The notes below the pieces were generated by a model, which saw only the letters and a list, made by a program, of their open reading frames with translations, had not been told where the DNA came from and ran no database searches. A DNA stretch of 12,998 nt from Planctomycetota bacterium (GTDB lineage: Bacteria; Planctomycetota; MHYJ01; WSZJ01), in assembly GCA_038060895.1 (NCBI GenBank), contig JBBTCT010000011.1, positions 129,402-142,399 of the forward strand, written 5' to 3'. Position numbers and translations under genes: made by a program. Every line of letters starts with the position of its first letter. Position 1 is the first letter of the stretch. Positions 1-6,060 of this stretch are shown here, one piece after another.

Positions 1-2443
1 TGCGCGCCTCCTCAGCCTTGCGCGCCTCTTCGGCCTTGCGCGCCTCCTCAGCCTTCCTCTTCTCTTCCGCTCTCTTCGCTTCCTCAGCCTTGCGCGCCTC
101 TTCAGCCTTGCGCGCTTCCTCAGCCTTGCGCGCTTCCTCAGCCTTGCGCTTCTCTTCCGCCCTCTTCGCCTCTTCGGCCTTGCGCGCCTCTTCAGCCTTG
201 CGCGCCTCTTCAGCCTTGCGCGCCTCTTCAGCCTTGCGCGCCTCTTCGGCCTTGCGCGCCTCTTCAGCCTTCCTCTTCTCTTCCGCTCGCTTCGCCTCTT
301 CCGCCTTGCGCGCTTCTTCAGCCTTGCGCGCTTCTTCCGCCTTCCGTGCCTCCCCAGCCTTCCTCTTCTCCTCCGCTCTCTTCGCCTCCTCCGCCTGGCG
401 CTCCTCCTCCGCCTTCTTCGCTGCCTCAGCCCTGCGAGTCTCCTCAGCTTTGCGCTCCCCCTCAACCTTGCGCTCCGCCTCCGGGTTCGGCGAGACCTCT
501 TCAAACGAAGCGACTTCCGGCTCAGGTTCGACTTCCTCGAAGGAGCCATCCGCCGTCGCTTCCGGCTCCGGAGAGCCCGCTGATTTGGCCTGAAGAGCGC
601 TTTCCAGCTCTTCGGGGCCCTCTTCCTCCGGCTTGGATTCTTCCGGCGCGGTCACGCTCTTGAAGTGATCGCTCTGGGGCCCGATGAGCTGGAATTCGAA
701 ATCCGGACGGCGGGAGGACTCCGGAGTGTCGGTGGAAGGCTCGGCGGTCCTCTGAGAGGCCGACATTGCTTCGGCGAGGAACTCCTCGGTTCCCTGCTTG
801 CGCGCTGCGGGCGTCGCGGGGGCGGGGGCCTCCTCGGCAGAAGCGGGAGAAGGGCGGCCGGCCTTCTTCGGCGGGGGGGCGGGTTCGTCGTCAAGGTCAG
901 GAAGGGAGCTCGTATCGACCAGGCCGCTCGTCACCGACACCTTGTCGTATTCGGCCAGTCCTCCTTCGACCGCCTTCTTTGCCGCCGCTGGCGTCTCCTT
1001 CTTCGCGACGGGGGCGGGCGCCGGTGCTTCCTCGGCAGGTGCGGGTCGCGCACCCCGTTTCGGCGGCGGCGCAGGCTCATCGTCGAGATCGGGCAGGGTG
1101 CTGGTGTCCACCAGCCCGCTTGTGACGGAGACCTTGTCGAATTCGGCGGGCCTGCCGTCGTCCTTCTTCGCAGCGACTTTCGGAGGGTCACTGGCGCTTT
1201 TCCGGGCCGGGACGAGCATTTCATCCTCCGACGGCGGAGAAGTGCCCTTCCTTGCCAGGGGCGCCGGTGAAGGTTCTTCGAGAACCGGCGCGGGACGGCC
1301 GCTCTTCTTCGGTGGCGGAGCCGGCTCGTCGTCGAGATCCGGCAGCGTGCTGGTGTCCACCAGGCCGCTCGTGACCGAAACCTTGTCGAATTCGGCGGGC
1401 CTGCCGTCGTCCTTCTTTGCAGCCACCTTCGGCGGCTCGCTTGGCCGCTTTTTCGGCGGGACCAGCATTTCGTCGTCGGCCGGGGGAGGTCCGCCACGGC
1501 GTGCCGCCGGAGCGGGCTCTTCTGCGGGCGGAACGGGCCGACCGGCCTTTTTCGGAGGCGGTGCCGGTTCGTCATCGAGATCAGGAAGGGCATTCGTGTT
1601 GACGAGCCCGCTCGTCACCGAGACTTTGTCGTAGTCCGCCAGGCCTCCCTCTTCCTTCCGGGGCGCCACTTTGGGGGGCTCGGTGGTCCGCTTCTTTGAA
1701 GGGACCATCATGTCGTCGTCCGCAGGAGGCGGCCCACCCCTTCGGGCCGCTGGCGGGGGCGCTTCCACAGGCGGAGCCGACCTTCTCGGCGGCGGTGGAG
1801 AATCATCATCGAGATCCGGAAGCGCGCTCGTGTTCACAAGCCCTGTACCGACGGAGACCTTGTCGAAGGACGCCGGCCCGTTGTCCTCAGCGGCCGGCTT
1901 GCGGCGCGCCGCGGGGGCCGAGGGTTCCTCAGGCGGCGGAGCGGCAGACTTCCGCTTCGGCGCCGCTTCCATCGCATCCATCGCCGAAAGCGAATCGCCA
2001 AGCAGGCTGGGGCCCGAGCTCTCGGCGGCCTTCTTTCGTGGCGGAGGGGGTGTGTCGAGAGCGTCGGCCATCGCCGCGATCCCCATGCCGCCCGGGGCGT
2101 CCACCGTCCTCGAGCGCTGCGGCGGCTTGATCGCCTTGCCTTCGCCGCTGTCGATCAGCGAACCAAGCGCGTCGCTGTAAGCGCTCGCCTTGGATCCCGT
2201 TTCGTCCTTCGCCGTGGAGTTCTCCTGCGAGGTCGTCTTCGCCCCTGCGATCCGCTCCGATGCCTCCATCAGCGTCTCAAGGTCGCGGTCGTCCAGAAAC
2301 CCCTTCTTCAGGAGGATGACGGCCAAAGGAAGAGGGCGCGCGGACTTCTGCTGTTCCTCCAGACACTGACGCAGCTGGCTCTGCGAGATGATCCCGCGAG
2401 AGACGGCTAGGCGCCCGATCGTCTGGTCTTTGTCAGCGGCCAT
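1..2443 (-). CDS. Large repeat-rich protein, 3'-partial (>814 aa): tandem MshEN-like N-terminal domain, Pro/acidic disordered region with 5 conserved motifs, KAEEAR charged-helix tract
   Basis: Manually translated from ATG at 2443 (MAADKDQTIGRLAVSRGIISQSQLRQCLEEQQKSARPLPLAVILLKKGFLDDRDLETLME...). The frame stays in phase to base 1 (...KAEEARKAEEAR) and no stop was seen. It starts 12 nt after the ppdK stop, with GGAGG about 15 nt upstream. The + strand ORFs 18..593, 798..1634 and 1671..2180 are its antisense shadows. It is absent from the ORF track because it has no stop in the window. Confidence 0.88.
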   Translation of the reverse strand, partial: MAADKDQTIGRLAVSRGIISQSQLRQCLEEQQKSARPLPLAVILLKKGFLDDRDLETLMEASERIAGAKTTSQENSTAKDETGSKASAYSDALGSLIDSGEGKAIKPPQRSRTVDAPGGMGIAAMADALDTPPPPRKKAAESSGPSLLGDSLSAMDAMEAAPKRKSAAPPPEEPSAPAARRKPAAEDNGPASFDKVSVGTGLVNTSALPDLDDDSPPPPRRSAPPVEAPPPAARRGGPPPADDDMMVPSKKRTTEPPKVAPRKEEGGLADYDKVSVTSGLVNTNALPDLDDEPAPPPKKAGRPVPPAEEPAPAARRGGPPPADDEMLVPPKKRPSEPPKVAAKKDDGRPAEFDKVSVTSGLVDTSTLPDLDDEPAPPPKKSGRPAPVLEEPSPAPLARKGTSPPSEDEMLVPARKSASDPPKVAAKKDDGRPAEFDKVSVTSGLVDTSTLPDLDDEPAPPPKRGARPAPAEEAPAPAPVAKKETPAAAKKAVEGGLAEYDKVSVTSGLVDTSSLPDLDDEPAPPPKKAGRPSPASAEEAPAPATPAARKQGTEEFLAEAMSASQRTAEPSTDTPESSRRPDFEFQLIGPQSDHFKSVTAPEESKPEEEGPEELESALQAKSAGSPEPEATADGSFEEVEPEPEVASFEEVSPNPEAERKVEGERKAEETRRAEAAKKAEEERQAEEAKRAEEKRKAGEARKAEEARKAEEARKAEEAKRAEEKRKAEEARKAEEARKAEEARKAEEARKAEEARKAEEAKRAEEKRKAEEARKAEEARKAEEARKAEEAKRAEEKRKAEEARKAEEARKAEEAR
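2..469 (-). repeat. 18-bp coding tandem repeat, 26 hexads encoding KAEEAR and variants; runs to the window edge
   Basis: The unit GCGCGCCTCTTCAGCCTT (+ strand) is repeated with mainly third-position variation. The variant hexad RAEEKR starts at + positions 56, 146, 272 and 362. Confidence 0.95.
863..1870 (-). repeat. Five in-frame coding repeats with core (Y/F)DKVSV(T/G)(S/T)GLV(D/N)TxxLPDLDD(E/D)xxPPP
   Basis: The DK codons of the core lie at about 1859, 1625, 1382, 1133 and 941. Spacings are 234, 243, 249 and 192 nt, all multiples of 3. Confidence 0.92.
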
Positions 2444-2455
2444 AGAAAGGGAATT

Positions 2456-5230
2456 TTACCTCCGCTTCCCCACCTTCCGCTCGCTTTTCCGGGTAGATGG
2501 CTTCTTGCTGGCCGGCCCTTTGGCGCGCTCGCGAAGGACCGCGTGGGCGGCGGCGATGCGGGCGACAGGCACCCGGTAGGGGCTGCACGAGACATAGTTG
2601 AGTCCCAGCTCGTGGCAGAAAATCACGGTTTCCGGGTCGCCGCCGTGTTCGCCGCAGATCCCGCACTTGAGATCCGGGCGGGTCGCCCTTCCCTCGGTAA
2701 CCGAGAGATTCATCAGCCGGCCGACGCCGGGTTTGTCGACGGAAACGAAGGGGTCCTCGGGGAGAATCCGGGTTGCCTCGCTGATGTAGAGCGGCAGGAA
2801 TTTCCCGGCGTCGTCGCGGGAGTAGCCGAAGGTCATCTGCGTCAGGTCGTTCGTGCCGAAAGAGAAAAACTCGGCTTCCTGGGCAATTTCGCCGGAAACA
2901 AGGGCGGCTCGCGGGATCTCGATCATCGTCCCGACGAGATACTTCACCTTCACTCCCGCCTTCTTCATCACCTCCTCGGCCACGCGCCGGACGAGGGCGG
3001 CCTGGTGCTTCAACTCATTCACGTGCCCCACCAGCGGGATCATGACTTCCGGCACCACCGCCTTTTTCTCCTTCGCGCACTGGCACGCCGCTTCAAAGAT
3101 CGCCCTCGCCTGCATCTCGGTGATCTCGGGGTAAAGGATCCCGAGACGGCAGCCGCGCAGTCCCAGCATCGGGTTGAATTCGTGAAGCTCCTCGACGCGG
3201 TGGAGCAGTTTCTCCCTCTTTTCCAGCTCCGGCCCGCCCTGCCCGCGCGCCTTCATTTCTGCTACTTCGACCATCAGGTCCTCGCGCTTCGGGAGGAACT
3301 CGTGAAGCGGCGGATCGAGCGTGCGGATGGTGACGGGACGGCCGGCCATGGTTTTGAAGAGCCCGTAGAAGTCATCGCGCTGGAACCCGACGAGTTTTTC
3401 GAGAGCGGCGCGGCGCGCTTCTTCGGTCGTTGCCATGATCATTTCCTGCACGATCGGGAGCCGCTCGGCCGCGAAAAACATGTGCTCGGTGCGGCAGAGC
3501 CCGATCCCCTCGGCGCCCAGGGCGATCGCCGCCTCGGCGTCACGCGGGATGTCGGCGTTGGCGCGGACTTTCAGCGTTCGAAGATTGTCCGCCCACTTCA
3601 TGAGCTGTGAGAATTTCTGCCAGGTCTCGCTGGACGCCGGGTCCAGCTTGCCGCGCATGACCTCGAGAATGTCCGAGTCGCGCGTCGGCACGTCCCCCAG
3701 CATCACTTCGCCGGTCGTGCCGTCGATCGAGACGAAGTCGCCCTCCCGGATGGTCTTTCCGTCCACGGACGCAACTCGCTTTTCCTCGTCCACATGGATC
3801 GCGCCGCAGCCGACGATGCTCGGCTTTCCCATTTGACGGCCGACCACCGCTGCGTGGCTCGTGCGCCCGCCTGTCGAGGTCAGCACGCCGCGCGCGGCCG
3901 CCATTCCCTTGATGTCGTCGGGACATGTCTCGGCGCGCACCAGCAGCACCCGCTCGCCCCTGTCCTTCCACGCCACTGCGGTCGGCGCGTCGAAAACCGC
4001 CTTGCCGGCCGCAGCGCCGGGGCTCGCGTTCAGCCCCTTCGCAATGACCGCGAAGCTCCTCCTCTTGATCGGGTCGAACACCGGGTGCAGCAACTGCTCG
4101 ATCATCGCAGGCTCGACGCGCGCCACGGCTTCGTCCGGCTTGATCAGCTTCTCCGCGACCATGTCCACCGCGATCTTCACCGCCGCATGCCCGGTGCGCT
4201 TGCCGCTCCGCGTCTGCAGCATGTAGAGCTTTTCTTCCTGGATCGTGAACTCGAAGTCCTGGACGTCCCGGTAGTGATTCTCCAGGCGGCTCGTGATTTC
4301 CCGGAGCTGCGCGAACGCTGCGGGCATTTCCGTCTCCAGCTCCGCAATCGGACGCGGCGTCCGGATTCCCGCCACGACGTCCTCGCCCTGCGCGTTCGTC
4401 AGGAATTCGCCGTAGAATTTTTTCTCGCCGGTGCCCGGGTCACGCGTGAAGCCGACACCCGTCGCCGATTTCGGCCCCGTGTTCCCGAACACCATCGACT
4501 GGACCGTCACCGCCGTCCCGATCGAGTCCGGGATCCGGTACATCCGGCGGTACGCAATCGCGCGGTCGTTGTTCCACGAGCGGAACACCGCATCCCGCGC
4601 CCCGCGCAACTGCTCCTTTACGTCCTGCGGGAAGTCCTTCCCCGCATGCTCCCGCACCACCGCCTTGAAATCCCCCACCAGCCCCTTCATGTCCTCCAGC
4701 CCCAGGTCCGTATCCTGCTTCGTCCCTTTCGCGTCCTTGCGGGCTTTCAGCTTGCGGTCAAAGTGCTCCTTCTCCACGTCCATCACGACGTTTCCGAACA
4801 TCTGGATGAAGCGGCGATAACAGTCCCAGGCGAACCGCAGGTTTTTGGCCCGTTGCCCGTGCCCCTCGACCGTCACGTCGTTCAGCCCGAGGTTGAGGAT
4901 CGTGTCCATCATCCCCGGCATCGAGAATTTCGCGCCGGAGCGGACGCTGACGAGCAGCGGATTCGCGGCGTCCCCGAATTTCATTCCCGTCGACTTCTCG
5001 ATGCGCCCAAGCATCCCCCACATTTCGGGTTCGGCATCCTTCGGGAAGCGCTTTCCGTTTTCGTAAAAGCGCATGCAGACCGCCGTGGTGATGGTCATTC
5101 CCGGCGGCACCGGGATGCCCGCGTTCGTCATTTCCGCGACGCCGGCTCCCTTACCCCCCAGGAGATCTTTCATCCCCGAGTTGCCGTCCGCCTTTCCGTC
5201 GCCGAACCAGTAGACCGCTTTCGTGGCCAT
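2456..5230 (-). CDS. ppdK: Pyruvate, phosphate dikinase (924 aa)
   Basis: Motifs seen: LLGGKGAG, PLLVSVRSGA..SMPGMMDTILNLG, NAQGEDVVAGIRTP, phospho-His motif GGRTSHAAVV, GIGLCRTEHMF, EFNPMLGLRGCRLG, FFSFGTNDLTQ and catalytic Cys in GICGEHGGDP. The start is ATG 5230 (MATKAVYWFG) with GGAG 5 nt upstream. The track start at 5344 overlaps the upstream gene. Confidence 0.97.
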   Translation of the reverse strand: MATKAVYWFGDGKADGNSGMKDLLGGKGAGVAEMTNAGIPVPPGMTITTAVCMRFYENGKRFPKDAEPEMWGMLGRIEKSTGMKFGDAANPLLVSVRSGAKFSMPGMMDTILNLGLNDVTVEGHGQRAKNLRFAWDCYRRFIQMFGNVVMDVEKEHFDRKLKARKDAKGTKQDTDLGLEDMKGLVGDFKAVVREHAGKDFPQDVKEQLRGARDAVFRSWNNDRAIAYRRMYRIPDSIGTAVTVQSMVFGNTGPKSATGVGFTRDPGTGEKKFYGEFLTNAQGEDVVAGIRTPRPIAELETEMPAAFAQLREITSRLENHYRDVQDFEFTIQEEKLYMLQTRSGKRTGHAAVKIAVDMVAEKLIKPDEAVARVEPAMIEQLLHPVFDPIKRRSFAVIAKGLNASPGAAAGKAVFDAPTAVAWKDRGERVLLVRAETCPDDIKGMAAARGVLTSTGGRTSHAAVVGRQMGKPSIVGCGAIHVDEEKRVASVDGKTIREGDFVSIDGTTGEVMLGDVPTRDSDILEVMRGKLDPASSETWQKFSQLMKWADNLRTLKVRANADIPRDAEAAIALGAEGIGLCRTEHMFFAAERLPIVQEMIMATTEEARRAALEKLVGFQRDDFYGLFKTMAGRPVTIRTLDPPLHEFLPKREDLMVEVAEMKARGQGGPELEKREKLLHRVEELHEFNPMLGLRGCRLGILYPEITEMQARAIFEAACQCAKEKKAVVPEVMIPLVGHVNELKHQAALVRRVAEEVMKKAGVKVKYLVGTMIEIPRAALVSGEIAQEAEFFSFGTNDLTQMTFGYSRDDAGKFLPLYISEATRILPEDPFVSVDKPGVGRLMNLSVTEGRATRPDLKCGICGEHGGDPETVIFCHELGLNYVSCSPYRVPVARIAAAHAVLRERAKGPASKKPSTRKSERKVGKRR

Positions 5231-5231
5231 G

Positions 5232-5756
5232 CTATCTCCGCTGCCTGAAATCCCGCTTCCGGGTGACCCTGGAATAGTCAAAGAACTGGTCCTCCGGGAT
5301 GCCGAAAAACTCCTGGAGGGTGAACTGCACGAGCCACTTCTCATCCTCCTTGACGAGGCGGAAGCTCTTCATCTCGAAATGCTTCCGGCCTGGATCGGCC
5401 AGGTCGGCGTCCCGATCTGCCGCGCGAAGCACGGCAACGGCGCTGGTTTGGTCGGACTTTTCAATCGACGTGACCAGCGTTGAATCGGAAATGAGCCTTT
5501 GGTAGCGCTGCCCCGTGCCGGTCATTTTGAAAGCAATCCAGAAGAGCTGCGCGGGGTAGCGGTCCCTCGTGTCGCGGGACAGCGTGTCGTAAGCGGCGTC
5601 GTAGTCTTCTTTTGCGATCGCATCCTTGAAGGACTCAAAGCTCTCCTTCACGTTGCCGAGTTCCGGCGCTGCCCTGCTCACGGAATCCGGCCCGCTGGCG
5701 CACCCGGCCAGCGCGACGGCGGCCAGCATTCCCAGCGCAAGTCGAACGCTCTTCAG
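5232..5756 (-). CDS. Putative lipoprotein, NTF2-like/DUF4878-like fold
   Basis: Lipobox LAGC follows (M)KSVRLALGMLAAVA. The pattern 'FESFKDAIAKEDYDAAYDTLS...FRLVKEDEKWLV' is typical of NTF2-like extracytoplasmic domains. The TAG stop is 1 nt before the ppdK ATG. The start is uncertain: CTG 5756 behind GGAGAGG, or ATG 5729. Confidence 0.75.
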   Translation of the reverse strand: MKSVRLALGMLAAVALAGCASGPDSVSRAAPELGNVKESFESFKDAIAKEDYDAAYDTLSRDTRDRYPAQLFWIAFKMTGTGQRYQRLISDSTLVTSIEKSDQTSAVAVLRAADRDADLADPGRKHFEMKSFRLVKEDEKWLVQFTLQEFFGIPEDQFFDYSRVTRKRDFRQRR

Positions 5757-5809
5757 GGGGACCTCTCCGCCAGACCGAACCTGTTGCCGGACGTCATCTT
5801 GAAGCAGGA

Positions 5810-5838
5810 ACCCTAGCACGGCCTCCCCCCCTCGTCAA
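5810..5838 (-). promoter_or_regulatory. Putative sigma70-type promoter for the lipoprotein-ppdK-repeat protein operon
   Basis: On the minus strand: TTGACG (5838-5833), a 17-nt spacer, then TAGGGT (5815-5810), preceded by an extended -10 TGn. Confidence 0.6.
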
Positions 5839-5973
5839 ATCGGGCGCGACGGGGCACTTCGCTCCGAAGCGTGCGCCCTTCGAAGTGCAGGCCTGCACGG
5901 GGCCACGCTGCGATAAGCATTGAACCTCCGGCGTCCGCCTGCGAGGGTGCCCTTCCAGGAAGCACGCTCACGT

Positions 5974-6002
5974 TTGACTTCGGATATGCCCAGCTTTAGA
6001 AT
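5974..6002 (+). promoter_or_regulatory. Putative sigma70-type promoter for pilB-pilT
   Basis: TTGACT (5974-5979), a 17-nt spacer, then TAGAAT (5997-6002). Both boxes match consensus at 5/6, and the -10 ends 58 nt before the pilB ATG. Confidence 0.75.
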
Positions 6003-6060
6003 CACGGTTCGCGCGTTCGCAGGTCCTGAACGAACTTTCACCGGAGAAGCGCACCCGACC

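Noticed and set aside
1-480. Calling the KAEEAR protein TolA or IF2
   Set aside because: There is no N-terminal TM anchor and no tolQ/tolR upstream, and no IF2 N-domain or nusA context. The similarity is only compositional.
870-880. G7 run (about 873-879) and C7 run (5825-5831) as phase-variation tracts
   Set aside because: They are short for a GC-rich genome, and the first simply encodes Ala-Pro-Pro in frame. The second sits in the predicted promoter spacer, so slippage could matter, but there is no evidence for it without read data.
1-1870. Repeats as a CRISPR array or non-coding repeat element
   Set aside because: All periods are multiples of 3, the variation is mostly synonymous in one open minus-strand frame, the hexads have no unique spacers, and no cas genes are present.
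18-2180. Plus-strand ORFs 18..593, 665..1270, 798..1634, 1671..2180 and similar
   Set aside because: They are antisense shadows of the minus-strand repeat protein in GC-rich, stop-poor DNA.
5840-6060. Riboswitch (for example c-di-GMP) or sRNA upstream of pilB
   Set aside because: The predicted pilB leader is only about 50 nt, the hairpins lie upstream of the promoter, and no known aptamer consensus was recognised. An Rfam/Infernal scan would settle it.
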